This document shows, piece by piece, positions 19,425 to 29,329 of a stretch of DNA of 64,000 nucleotides. Numbering within the stretch: position 1 is the stretch's first letter; every line of letters begins with the position of its first letter. Below the pieces are notes generated by a model, which was not told the origin of the DNA, made no database searches, and saw nothing but the letters and a program-made list of their open reading frames with translations. Made by a program: the position numbers and the translations under genes. Location: the NCBI GenBank assembly GCA_944322275.1, contig CALUOV010000001.1:34779-98778 (forward strand), written 5' to 3'. Origin of the DNA: an uncultured Bacteroides sp. (GTDB lineage: Bacteria > Bacteroidota > Bacteroidia > Bacteroidales > Bacteroidaceae).

Positions 19425-20555
19425 TTATTTCTTGTCTTTAGTATTTTCGGATTCTATCAACTGGACATATACCTTCTGATAGTTTCGTGACATCTTCTCT
19501 GCCGTATAATATCGGGCGTAAAGCGAACGGATGTAGTTCCCAGCTTTTACTCTGTCCAACCGCAATACGTCCCGAACCGCTCTTATCATTGCATTCAAGT
19601 CATGTTGGTCATAGAGGAAAGCCATGGGCTCTTTCGCCTTGTCCACCACTTCATGATGGGATGGGATATCGGATAATACACAAGGTAGGCCTACCGACAT
19701 GCTTTCGAGTAACGTGTTAGCCAATCCTTCCGTGTCCGAAGCCGAAATGTAATAGTCCGATGCCAGAACATAATCGTGCACATTTGGTTTGAATCCGGGC
19801 AACAGAATACGGTCTGACTCATGGCGTTTTAACTCGCTAAACAACGTACCTTCGCCTAAAAGAATGACACCAATGTGCGAGTCATTTATCATCTCAAAAG
19901 CCTGTACAATCCGGTCGGGATTTTTTTCCCGCGAGAAACGTCCGATAAAGAGGAAATAGCGCACATCCTCCTTCAGCCCCAACTGTTTGCGGATATGATT
20001 CCTTTGTTCCCCATCACCTGTCCATACTGGCAACGAACAACCGTTTGGGATGGCCATCATCCGGAAACGCCGATTCTCCCAGTAGCTTTGCGCCACACTT
20101 TCGGAACAAGCGATGGGCAAATCCATCCGCATCGTAAAAAAATGACTCAACGCATTGACTATCATGCCTTTCCATCTGCCAAACTTGACTACTTGCTGAA
20201 TGCCGGGATAAATATGTACGGTCTCTACCTTCTTATATCGGGACGAAAGAAAAGGCACCAGAAACATAGAGCGAGCACAATGCGTATGCAAGATGTCTGG
20301 ATTCAATGACTTCACGGTTTTCTTTAGCCGCAGAAACAAAGCAAGCGGATTCAACACCTTCTCAGAAGACAACGGCACAATCTTTATGCCCATCCGCTGA
20401 AAGTCACTCCAACGCGAATTCTCCTTCTCGGGAACCATAGTCAGCAGACTCACGTTAAACTGGTCGAAGTCCATGTACTTGATAATGTTGTACAAAACGT
20501 TAGTCGGTCCTTCATTACTTAAGGAAGAAATGATATAGCAAACGTTGATCTTCAT
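19425..20555 (-). CDS. Glycosyltransferase family 4
   Basis: IPNG, FIGRFSREKN, EGLANTLLESMSVGLPCVLSDI (EX7E motif). Confidence 0.9.
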   Translation of the reverse strand: MKINVCYIISSLSNEGPTNVLYNIIKYMDFDQFNVSLLTMVPEKENSRWSDFQRMGIKIVPLSSEKVLNPLALFLRLKKTVKSLNPDILHTHCARSMFLVPFLSSRYKKVETVHIYPGIQQVVKFGRWKGMIVNALSHFFTMRMDLPIACSESVAQSYWENRRFRMMAIPNGCSLPVWTGDGEQRNHIRKQLGLKEDVRYFLFIGRFSREKNPDRIVQAFEMINDSHIGVILLGEGTLFSELKRHESDRILLPGFKPNVHDYVLASDYYISASDTEGLANTLLESMSVGLPCVLSDIPSHHEVVDKAKEPMAFLYDQHDLNAMIRAVRDVLRLDRVKAGNYIRSLYARYYTAEKMSRNYQKVYVQLIESENTKDKK

Positions 20556-20611
20556 ACTTAGCGGATTTTATTTTGGCAAAGTAACAAAAATATCTTGTAT
20601 TATCCTTCAAT

Positions 20612-21685
20612 TCACATAGATATATTTGCATTGAAATAAAACTGATAGGGCACCACCTTATCCGGAGCTATATTCAACGTAAACATCAGGAATGTAATGG
20701 CAATAAGCAGCAAAGCTATAATCCATCGCGATCTTTTCGAGAAAAGAAAAACCAAGTATGAAATCAGAACAGGTTCCACACTAAACAGAATATTGGACAT
20801 GCGGGCACCGATGATGGCAAAGTCATTGAACAGAAGCAACCAACAGGTCCCAGCCATGTAGGCGTAGCAGAGCGTACGGAAGTAGCCATTAATCAGCTCA
20901 AGTCTTTTGTAAAAAATGAGTAAACAGCCGGCCACCAATAAAGACTTGATTGTAGCCATATTGGTGAATACGCCCAACTCGGCCGCATAGCCCCCATCAC
21001 CATAAGAGATATAAGCGTCCAAGCGCTCGTCAATACCACCTGCAATCATCTTGATAATCTGTCCCAATGGATATACCAGACCTATAAGCAGACTGATTAC
21101 CAAAGTAAAAGTCAGCGTTTGGCGAGACCATTTAAGCAAATGCAGTACGAGAACAAGTCCCCATACAAAAGCAGACATGTGCATAGTGATAGCTATCAGC
21201 CAAATAAAAACAAACTTCCTGTATCGTTGCTGATTCAAGAAACGGATACTAAACAGGCAGATCGCACTTGCCAATCCTGCCCGTATCTGTATCATGTCCT
21301 TTAATACATAAAGATGAACAAAGTAATACAATACACAAATGAGGAAGTAAGGAGAATATTTCTTAAAGGACTCTAGATTAAATCCCGTTGACAGGATCGC
21401 CACAGTCAAAAACATCAGCACAGGAGAAGTTGAGATGGCAGACAAGAGTTTACAAAGTAAATTGAAGCCAATGTCCAAACTGCCGAATCCACTTCCCGAA
21501 GCTATTTCATCGTACATGATGGTATAGTTCTCCCAATCAGGATTGTCGTAACGTAAGCCAGCGAAAAGAGCCAAAAAAAGCCAGATAAACAAAAGCGCAA
21601 CCATTCGCTGAGAACGTTTTACCGCTACACTTTCCCCTATAGCTCCAAGGGACAAGCCTGAAAATATAACGAAATAAATCCACAT
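20612..21685 (-). CDS. wzy: EpsG-family polysaccharide polymerase (Wzy)
   Basis: About 10 TM helices with AGLRY..PDW..Y, QIRAGLA, HMSA motifs. Confidence 0.8.
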   Translation of the reverse strand: MWIYFVIFSGLSLGAIGESVAVKRSQRMVALLFIWLFLALFAGLRYDNPDWENYTIMYDEIASGSGFGSLDIGFNLLCKLLSAISTSPVLMFLTVAILSTGFNLESFKKYSPYFLICVLYYFVHLYVLKDMIQIRAGLASAICLFSIRFLNQQRYRKFVFIWLIAITMHMSAFVWGLVLVLHLLKWSRQTLTFTLVISLLIGLVYPLGQIIKMIAGGIDERLDAYISYGDGGYAAELGVFTNMATIKSLLVAGCLLIFYKRLELINGYFRTLCYAYMAGTCWLLLFNDFAIIGARMSNILFSVEPVLISYLVFLFSKRSRWIIALLLIAITFLMFTLNIAPDKVVPYQFYFNANISM

Positions 21686-21708
21686 ATTTACTACTCCTTA
21701 CAACCGAA

Positions 21709-22743
21709 TTAAAAGAATAAATGAATACGGTTTCCAATCTGTTCAATATGATAAGAACGGGAGTAATATTGCACAAAAATTTTTTCGAATTCCTGCCGAA
21801 CATCATCTGCTACAATGTTTTTTGATTCCATTTCTCGAAGTCTTGACACAATATCCTCTAAGTCCAAATTATTAATCGAGAACAAATATTTCACGTTCGA
21901 AAGCACTTCTGCAAAAGTCTGTATTACATCCGAAAAAATAGGAATAACACCTGCAGCCATGTAAGAATTCAATTTCGTTGGGGTTGCTACACGATTGACG
22001 ATATTGTCTTCACGCAACAATAAACCATATTTGTATTTAGCCAATTCATTACTCATATCCTTCATCGGCACGTATTTTACCTCCACAAATCGAAGACCAT
22101 ATCTCTTTATCAATTGATGAGCTTTTTCTTTTTCTCCCGTGAGTAATACGAAATGGCTCTTCGGCATCTCTTGCTGTATTTTCGTCCATAAAACCAACAT
22201 CTGATCTATACATTGCCAAGCACTTAATGAACCCGCATATACAAATGTAGGGGAGTTATATTTATTGGGGAACTTAAAGGCTTCCTCATTCATAGGAAGA
22301 TTAAAGCAAGGCATAATGTAATAAGGCGGAAAACATCGGATATGATATTTCCGTTTGAAATGATCCACCATGGCATTGGAGACAAAAAAAAGAAAATTAC
22401 TCCTTCGCAGAATCCAACGCTCGCAAATACTCCAAAAAAAATATCGGAAAGCAGAGCTCCAATGTCCGTCAAATTGCATGCGCGCCTCTTCCGGCACTAC
22501 ACCTTGAAACCACATGATAATCCGCTGCCGTGGCTGATGAAGATATACCTTAATAAAAGATTTCATCGTGATAACTAACACCCAATCATTTTTAGCTATT
22601 TGATCCGTGTTAGTTACAGACATAACCTCAAATCCTTGTTTCTGAAAAGCAAGAAGAATTGTTTCTACATAATACCTAGTAGCATCGTTAACTTCCGCCT
22701 TTAGAGAATAAAATTTTAGCATATTCATGTAATCATCTATCAT
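21709..22743 (-). CDS. GT-B fold glycosyltransferase (GT4-like)
   Basis: FVSNAM, VYAGSLSAWQ, NRVATPTKLNSYMAAG. Confidence 0.75.
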   Translation of the reverse strand: MIDDYMNMLKFYSLKAEVNDATRYYVETILLAFQKQGFEVMSVTNTDQIAKNDWVLVITMKSFIKVYLHQPRQRIIMWFQGVVPEEARMQFDGHWSSAFRYFFWSICERWILRRSNFLFFVSNAMVDHFKRKYHIRCFPPYYIMPCFNLPMNEEAFKFPNKYNSPTFVYAGSLSAWQCIDQMLVLWTKIQQEMPKSHFVLLTGEKEKAHQLIKRYGLRFVEVKYVPMKDMSNELAKYKYGLLLREDNIVNRVATPTKLNSYMAAGVIPIFSDVIQTFAEVLSNVKYLFSINNLDLEDIVSRLREMESKNIVADDVRQEFEKIFVQYYSRSYHIEQIGNRIHLFF

Positions 22744-23888
22744 ACAAAACCTGTAATCCGTTCACACGCCTTCCCGTCTCCATATGGATTCACCGCCTTA
22801 CTCATGCGCTCATATTGCACCATATCATCTAGCAAGATAGAAACCTCATGCACTATCTTATCATAATCCGTACCTACCAATTTTACGGTGCCAGCCTCTA
22901 AAGCTTCCGGACGCTCAGTGGTATCGCGCATCACCAAAACAGGCTTACCCAATCCCGGTGCTTCTTCCTGAATGCCACCGCTATCGGTCAGCACAAGAGC
23001 CGACTTCTCCATCAGATAGACAAAAGACAGATATTCCAAAGGCTCAATGAAGAACATGTTGTTCAGCCCGGACAGATTCTCTCCGAATACTTCATGGATA
23101 GGCTTGCGCACATTGGGATTCAAGTGCATGGGGTACACAAAGTCCACTTCCGGATATTTCTGAACCAAATCCCTAATGGCTGTACACATGTGCATGAATC
23201 CTTCTCCGAAGTTTTCCCTACGGTGTCCGGTAATCAGCACCAACCTTTTGCCCCCGGACAAACGGTTTACATCGTAGCCCGCCTGCCTCAACGTAGCTAC
23301 CAGTTCCGCATCCAATGCCTTATCGTTCTTTATTTTATCAACTACCATGTAGAGCGCGTCTATCACTGTGTTTCCGGTCACAAGGATATGGTTATCGTCT
23401 ACACCTTCCGCCAATAGATTTTGCCGACTAAGCCGAGTAGGCGCAAAGTGCCAAGTAGCAATGCGTCCCGTCAATTGGCGGTTCATTTCTTCCGGCCACG
23501 GACTATAAATATTGTGTGTACGCAATCCGGCTTCTACGTGTCCCACTGGGATCTGTTGATAAAATGCCGCCAAAGCAGCGGAAGTGGAAGTAGTGGTATC
23601 ACCATGTACCAGAACCAGGTCCGGACTAGCGGATTTCAACACCTCCCGCATACCGGTCAGTACACGTGCCGTTACATCGTAAAGGTCTTGTCCTTGCTTC
23701 ATGATGTTCAGGTCAAAGTCTGGCGTTATCTCAAAGATGTGAAGCACTTGGTCGAGCATTTCACGATGCTGACCTGTCACGCAGACAATGGTTTTAAACT
23801 TATCCGGATGTTTCTGGAATTCCTTCACCAACGGTGCCATCTTAATGGCTTCGGGACGGGTTCCAAAAACGAGCATTATTTTCTTCAT
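22740..23888 (-). CDS. wecB: UDP-N-acetylglucosamine 2-epimerase (non-hydrolysing)
   Basis: GTRPEAIKMAP, TGQHREML, HVEAGLRT, TDSGGIQEEAP, NPYGDG. Confidence 0.96.
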   Translation of the reverse strand: MKKIMLVFGTRPEAIKMAPLVKEFQKHPDKFKTIVCVTGQHREMLDQVLHIFEITPDFDLNIMKQGQDLYDVTARVLTGMREVLKSASPDLVLVHGDTTTSTSAALAAFYQQIPVGHVEAGLRTHNIYSPWPEEMNRQLTGRIATWHFAPTRLSRQNLLAEGVDDNHILVTGNTVIDALYMVVDKIKNDKALDAELVATLRQAGYDVNRLSGGKRLVLITGHRRENFGEGFMHMCTAIRDLVQKYPEVDFVYPMHLNPNVRKPIHEVFGENLSGLNNMFFIEPLEYLSFVYLMEKSALVLTDSGGIQEEAPGLGKPVLVMRDTTERPEALEAGTVKLVGTDYDKIVHEVSILLDDMVQYERMSKAVNPYGDGKACERITGFV

Positions 23889-23904
23889 TTCCTGAATTTT
23901 TCTG

Positions 23905-23912
23905 CAAAGATA
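23905..23912 (-). promoter_or_regulatory. -7 promoter box for the wecB-GT-wzy unit
   Basis: TATCTTTG on the minus strand 17 bp upstream of the wecB ATG. Confidence 0.65.
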
Positions 23913-23974
23913 GTCTTTTAGTTGATATAAGCTTTAATACTTATACCTAAATTTAAGCTCGCAGATTAAACTCA

Positions 23975-25522
23975 TCAACGCACTTCTTTCAGCCACTTCT
24001 CTATTGTCCTCGTCTCGGAAGAGAAGTTCACACCTATCAGAAACAACTTCCGGACATCCTGATGAAAAGGCAGGTCATAGTGGCTGTCTTTAATCTGCTG
24101 CAAGACTTCTTCCGCGGACTTATCCAGTTTCAATTCAATAATGTAGACATAATCTTTCGTTTGTATCGTCACATCCATACGTCCCCGACTCGTCGCCTGC
24201 TCCACCTGCACGTTGTAACCCAACATTACAAATATCAGGTACAGCGTATTCTGGAAGTGTACCTCCTTGTCTCCTCCGGCTATCATATAAGATTTGCCCG
24301 AAAGCATCGTCTGGAGTGTCTGTAACAAATCATCAGGCCTGCCTTGACGAACCGCATCGGTCAGTTTATTAAGGTAACCCTTTACACTCGACTTCAAAAG
24401 GGAAGTATAGTAAGGCACCAGAAAATCAAAGAAGCCACGCTCCACCTCCTGATTGGGAAAATCGAGGCGATAACCCATTTCCGCATCATAACCGGAGAGG
24501 GTAAGGTAACCACTCTGGAAAAGTACGGGAATGGGGTCTGCATAATCCTCATCCATACTGCCCAGCGTAGCTCCATCCACATACAGCCCTTTCAAGTCTT
24601 TCAGGTCGTAATCGTTTTTTTGAAGCAGCTTCACCAGAAAAGTGGGCGTGCCTGTACTGAACCAATAGTCTTGGAATAATTTGAACTGGAAAGTGTTCAG
24701 CAGACTGAAAGGATTGTAAACGCCTGCCGAACCCGGATAGAAATGATAACCGTCATATCGGACACGCAGTTTCTCACAAGTCTGCTCATAGGTCATATGA
24801 TTGGCGGAAGCCAGTTTATGAATCGATTCCTCAAAGTATGCATGCAGCTCTTTCTCCGATATGCCGCAGATATCCGCATAATCGGGAACCATCGAGATGT
24901 CTTGCAAATTGTTCAGGTCGCTGAAGATGCTCACGTGGCTGAAACGGCTCACACCCGTAAGGAAAGCGAAACGGATATATTGATCCTGCGATTTCAGCAC
25001 ACCGAAGAACGCTTTGAGCACGTTGCGGTAGGCATCGTGCAGTTCTTTCTTGTCAATTGTACTCAGCAAGGGCTTGTCATACTCGTCTATTAGCACCACT
25101 ACCTGCCTGCCCGTATTCTCATAAGCACGTTGGATAATGCCTGAAAATCGTCTGGCTACAGAGCATTCTGCAGGATTACTGCCATAGACAGTTTCCCATT
25201 GAGAAAGAAAATCATTGAGAATAATTTTCAAATCCTCTTCCGTTTCGTAATTCTCGGCATTCAAGTCCAAACGCAGTACAGGATAAGATCTCCATTCTGT
25301 TTCCAGACTTTCCATAGCCAGTCCTTTGAAAAGTTCTTTCTTTCCCCCCAAATAAGCTTCCAGGGTAGAGATAAGCAAAGACTTGCCGAAACGGCGGGGA
25401 CGACTGAGAAAATAATACTTTCCCCTGTCCGCCAGTTGATAAATCAATGCGGTCTTGTCCACATACACATATCCACCGGTACGGATATTCTCAAAACTCT
25501 GTATGCCTATCGGATATTTCAT
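23975..25522 (-). CDS. AAA-ATPase-like + PD-(D/E)XK nuclease-domain protein (PDDEXK_9/DUF1703 type)
   Basis: YPIGIQSF, YVDKT, SRPRRFGKS, LIDEYD, C-terminal GRMDV...IIELK. Confidence 0.9.
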   Translation of the reverse strand: MKYPIGIQSFENIRTGGYVYVDKTALIYQLADRGKYYFLSRPRRFGKSLLISTLEAYLGGKKELFKGLAMESLETEWRSYPVLRLDLNAENYETEEDLKIILNDFLSQWETVYGSNPAECSVARRFSGIIQRAYENTGRQVVVLIDEYDKPLLSTIDKKELHDAYRNVLKAFFGVLKSQDQYIRFAFLTGVSRFSHVSIFSDLNNLQDISMVPDYADICGISEKELHAYFEESIHKLASANHMTYEQTCEKLRVRYDGYHFYPGSAGVYNPFSLLNTFQFKLFQDYWFSTGTPTFLVKLLQKNDYDLKDLKGLYVDGATLGSMDEDYADPIPVLFQSGYLTLSGYDAEMGYRLDFPNQEVERGFFDFLVPYYTSLLKSSVKGYLNKLTDAVRQGRPDDLLQTLQTMLSGKSYMIAGGDKEVHFQNTLYLIFVMLGYNVQVEQATSRGRMDVTIQTKDYVYIIELKLDKSAEEVLQQIKDSHYDLPFHQDVRKLFLIGVNFSSETRTIEKWLKEVR

Positions 25523-25628
25523 CGGAAGTCTTATGTCTTGGTTCTATCTGCGAAGATAGAAAAAAATTTTCATGCCACCAAGGAGATACCGGACAAATTA
25601 CGGCTCTGCAGACCTACTTGTAATCCAC

Positions 25629-26651
25629 TCAATATTTATATTTAAATTTAAGCTCCACTACCTTCCCGTCTTGAATAAACCACTGTCGGCTAATGGTGTT
25701 ATAAATACGGGCTGTAGCCGAATCTTGTGCTTGCGGGAACTCCCACAGTTGAATCATGCCGTCTCCACCGTTCTTTTGATACTGTAGATTAAACAGCATT
25801 TGCAACACATCTCTTCCCCGTGCGTTTTCAGTAATCAGATGAGCATAGAACCCGTTGTGCCCGCACAATACCCATGCGATGTTATCGTTTTCTTTTACCA
25901 ATTGATTCCAGACCTTTTCCGGAGTGCTCCAAGTTGTATTCATGAATTGCAATTCAGCATACGAACCTTCAGAGATACGTTCTCCACTTCGCGCTAGATA
26001 TTCGTGGGTCATTAAGATAAACTTCTGGTGCTTATGATTTTGAACATAGCGTTCGGCCCACTCCAACACTTCATCACGTGGGCCAAATTCCAAGACCAAA
26101 ATGAAATAGGGCTCTCCACCAATATAGTTCTCAACAACTACATTCTCCGTTCGTCCCTCTTCAAAACGGTCTACTATCAACGATTCCGTGAGCGGAAAAG
26201 TGGTATAACGTGAGAAAAATGTCGCATTGCGGTCTTTTATTTTCCCGTTTGCATCCCATGTATAGTCATGATTACCGATGCATGCAATGTAAGGTAGTTC
26301 CTCGGCCAATTGGGCGGTCACATTGTAGAACGACTGGTAACTGGTTTCATGATTGCCAGACGTGATATCACCCACTTGCAGCACACATTTAATGTCCATT
26401 CCCTGCATATATTGTGAGTAAATCCATTGCACGGTAGCCTCATAATAAGGCATCCATGCCGGATTAGCCGTATATTCCTGTATGTCACCGATAACGACAA
26501 TATATTCAGAAGAAAGATCCGGATTTTCGTCCAATGTCATCAGTGTCAACGGCTGAGGCTTGTAAACTTCCTGATTTTCACAAGATGCAAAGGTAACGGA
26601 CATGCTTGCCAACACCAATAAACTGAAAAAGCAACGCAATCTGTTCTTCAT
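25629..26651 (-). CDS. Calcineurin-like metallophosphoesterase lipoprotein
   Basis: Lipobox FASC; GDIQ, GDIT, GNHD, THE, CGH metal-binding motifs. Confidence 0.8.
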   Translation of the reverse strand: MKNRLRCFFSLLVLASMSVTFASCENQEVYKPQPLTLMTLDENPDLSSEYIVVIGDIQEYTANPAWMPYYEATVQWIYSQYMQGMDIKCVLQVGDITSGNHETSYQSFYNVTAQLAEELPYIACIGNHDYTWDANGKIKDRNATFFSRYTTFPLTESLIVDRFEEGRTENVVVENYIGGEPYFILVLEFGPRDEVLEWAERYVQNHKHQKFILMTHEYLARSGERISEGSYAELQFMNTTWSTPEKVWNQLVKENDNIAWVLCGHNGFYAHLITENARGRDVLQMLFNLQYQKNGGDGMIQLWEFPQAQDSATARIYNTISRQWFIQDGKVVELKFKYKY

Positions 26652-26656
26652 GATTT

Positions 26657-27472
26657 CTATTCATTTAATTCCACATTTACCGTATGCATTACGATTTTAT
26701 CAAGGTCAGGCAAGGACATGTAACGACCATATATCTTGGTCAAGTAGGCGTCATAGTTACCCGGCACCGGGAAAGTTCCGCCTTCAAACCTCAATTCTCC
26801 CAACGGGAAGATATCTTTCTCCTCACGTGGTTTCAAAAAACAACTTCCCGGCGTGTGTCTCAATTGTTCGTGCGCACCGATTCTTCCCAAACAACGGAAG
26901 ATTGGAAACAGCACTTTATATAATAAAGGATAAACCGTACCAAAATAGATTTTACGTCCCCATCGGTTTTTCAGAGTTCGGTTTGCTCTGTACAGTAATT
27001 TGTCCTGCATGAATCCGGCCAGTTTGCATAAAAACTCTGAAGAAGAAGGATCCATGATGAAAACATCTATATAAGCGCCATGGTACTTATAATACCAATC
27101 ATTAGTGTTGTCTTCTTTGATGGTTGAACGCAAGTCGCGTACCTTACCGTAAGGAGCAAAATAATCCGGATCTGTCCGATGTGTCTGTAAGTCATAACGG
27201 CCATTTTTTTCCACTTCCATCACCTTGACGAACCGTTCATAATCTTCCCGTAACATCTCTATATCCAAATCATCATCCCAAGGAATGAAACCGCCGTGTC
27301 GCACCGCTCCTAACAGCGTTCCTGAACACAACCAATAGCGAATGTGATGCCTGCGACACACCCCATCAATGAATCTCAGCATTTCGAACATGCGTAATTG
27401 GTAAGCACGCAAGAGAGAGCCATCCGGATTAAAACGATTCCGCAACGCTTGTTGGTCTATCGGTTCTGACAT
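26657..27472 (-). CDS. licD: LicD-family phosphotransferase
   Basis: YWLCSGTLLGAVRHGGFIPWDDDLDI, IDVF, YLTKIYG. Confidence 0.93.
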   Translation of the reverse strand: MSEPIDQQALRNRFNPDGSLLRAYQLRMFEMLRFIDGVCRRHHIRYWLCSGTLLGAVRHGGFIPWDDDLDIEMLREDYERFVKVMEVEKNGRYDLQTHRTDPDYFAPYGKVRDLRSTIKEDNTNDWYYKYHGAYIDVFIMDPSSSEFLCKLAGFMQDKLLYRANRTLKNRWGRKIYFGTVYPLLYKVLFPIFRCLGRIGAHEQLRHTPGSCFLKPREEKDIFPLGELRFEGGTFPVPGNYDAYLTKIYGRYMSLPDLDKIVMHTVNVELNE

Positions 27473-27505
27473 ATTATTTTTTTTACTTATTTATAGTTTA
27501 CTGCA

Positions 27506-27513
27506 CAAAAGTA
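27506..27513 (-). promoter_or_regulatory. -7 promoter box for the licD-phosphoesterase unit
   Basis: TACTTTTG on the minus strand 34 bp upstream of licD. Confidence 0.6.
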
Positions 27514-27553
27514 ATAAATATTAAATACAAACGCAGCATCTATGAGGTTTTGT

Positions 27554-29329
27554 TCAAACAGTCTCCTCACAGATCACCATCTCCGCCCCCCGGAATACCA
27601 CTTTCAGCAGATGCAGTTGCGTGTCGGCGCAAAGCCGTATGACCACCTTGTCTGCACTGTACTTCCTTAATTGCCCGTCCGCCTCCACACGCTTCGCTTC
27701 CACTTCCGCGTCCGTAGCTGTGGGGGTAACGTACTTCAGTTCCATGATGTAGCTGTGCGCCACGTCCGGGTAGCGCGCTTTGTCCGGCAACATCAGAAAA
27801 TCGCTGTAACCGTAGTTCAGTTCCGTTTCCGGTTCCACCAAGTAAAGGGAGTTCAAGGCCAGGTAAGCCTTGAAGAAGCCCTGCAGATTGTGTTCGCCCC
27901 GAATGCTGTCGCGGATGGAAGAGTTCGCCTTATAGGCTTCGGCAATGCGGCGGATCAGCGGCTGCCACTCACCCTCGTAGGTCATTGACACCATTTCATC
28001 CTGAAAGGCGATAATATCCACTGGTACACTCCGGTTGAAGTAATCCCGCATGAATGACCAGTACTGTTCACGCACACAATGGTTGGGAATGACCATTTGA
28101 ATCAACTTGCCAACGCTTTTATGCATGGTCAGCAGTCCGTAGTAGTAAAGCAGGCTCCGGAAATTGTTGTCGTCCGTCACGTATTCGGCCGGGAAAGAAG
28201 TTTTCAAATCCATTGTCACCGTTCCCGTAGCCGCAATCTCCTCAATGACGCTCATACGGTTCTCCCGTTGGTTACCCCGATCGATGTCCGCCAACATCTT
28301 CAGCTTCTTATAATCCGTGCGGATGTTCTTGTCAACCATTTCCTCCGGTGCACGACCATAGAGAACTTGGTGGCGCAAGTAATAGAACACCATATCGCAA
28401 TTATAGATGCGGTTGTCATTCAAACACTGCTTGGCAAAGCAGTAATTGTTATACCACGGTTTCATTTCCTCCAGCATCGCCTCGATGTCAGCCTCCGCAC
28501 GTAGCTTGCCGTTGTCCTGGAAATAGCGGAACATGGTGCGCACGTCACTTTCCGAGAAGCCTAGCATGTCATTGAAACGGGGGTCCTGAGAGATGTTCCA
28601 GTCGATGTTGTATCCGCTCGACAGGTCATCCAAGGTCACGGGAGACACCCCGATGAGGAACACACGGCTGAACATCGCCTTGAAGATCTTGAAGTAATCG
28701 CGGTAGAAGCCGCTGGCGTGTGTCAGCCTGCGGAACACGTCCTTGCCCCGGTCGCTCAGGATTACGTTGGTAAAGTTGTCGTATTCGTCTATAATCAGGT
28801 AAAGCGGGTAACCTTTCTTATGCGCCTGGAGACTGATACAATTCAGCTTGCCGCGAGTGTCCGGAGTCGATTTTACCTCATGCACGAAACCTTCATCATA
28901 ATAGACGGCATAAATTTCGGCAAACACATTCAACACTTGTCCGCAATAGCGGTCGAAGTTCGTTTCCAACTCCTGCTCATCCCTGCCACCTATCAAGGAA
29001 AAATCGAAGTAAATCACCTGAAACGAGTTCTTCAGCGGTGTGGGATGCTGCTGAATCCAAAGCCCGTCAAACAGACGGTCGAACCGGTCCGCCTGCGCGA
29101 TGTCATAATAAGCCCGCATCATGCTCACGAACACGCTCTTTCCGAAGCGGCGCGGACGGATAAGGAACAAGTAATCACTCGTCTCTTCCAACAAAGGAAG
29201 ATACATCGTCTTGTCTACATAATAACGGTTCTTTTCCCGCACGTCTTCAAAACGCGCCACTCCGTAAGGGATACCTTTTACTGCTTCCATAATTGTCATC
29301 GTTGAATCAAACCATGACAAAAATAACAT
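27554..29329 (-). CDS. AAA-ATPase-like + PD-(D/E)XK protein, copy A (true start may be the ATG near 29290)
   Basis: IPYG, YYVDKT, RPRRFGKS, IIDEYD, GYSDF...IMELK. Confidence 0.9.
   Translation of the reverse strand: MLFLSWFDSTMTIMEAVKGIPYGVARFEDVREKNRYYVDKTMYLPLLEETSDYLFLIRPRRFGKSVFVSMMRAYYDIAQADRFDRLFDGLWIQQHPTPLKNSFQVIYFDFSLIGGRDEQELETNFDRYCGQVLNVFAEIYAVYYDEGFVHEVKSTPDTRGKLNCISLQAHKKGYPLYLIIDEYDNFTNVILSDRGKDVFRRLTHASGFYRDYFKIFKAMFSRVFLIGVSPVTLDDLSSGYNIDWNISQDPRFNDMLGFSESDVRTMFRYFQDNGKLRAEADIEAMLEEMKPWYNNYCFAKQCLNDNRIYNCDMVFYYLRHQVLYGRAPEEMVDKNIRTDYKKLKMLADIDRGNQRENRMSVIEEIAATGTVTMDLKTSFPAEYVTDDNNFRSLLYYYGLLTMHKSVGKLIQMVIPNHCVREQYWSFMRDYFNRSVPVDIIAFQDEMVSMTYEGEWQPLIRRIAEAYKANSSIRDSIRGEHNLQGFFKAYLALNSLYLVEPETELNYGYSDFLMLPDKARYPDVAHSYIMELKYVTPTATDAEVEAKRVEADGQLRKYSADKVVIRLCADTQLHLLKVVFRGAEMVICEETV

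Noticed and set aside
22384-22441. Two A8 homopolymer runs in a glycosyltransferase as phase-variation tracts
   Set aside because: Short A/T runs are expected in this AT-rich gene (Phe codons) and the frame is intact
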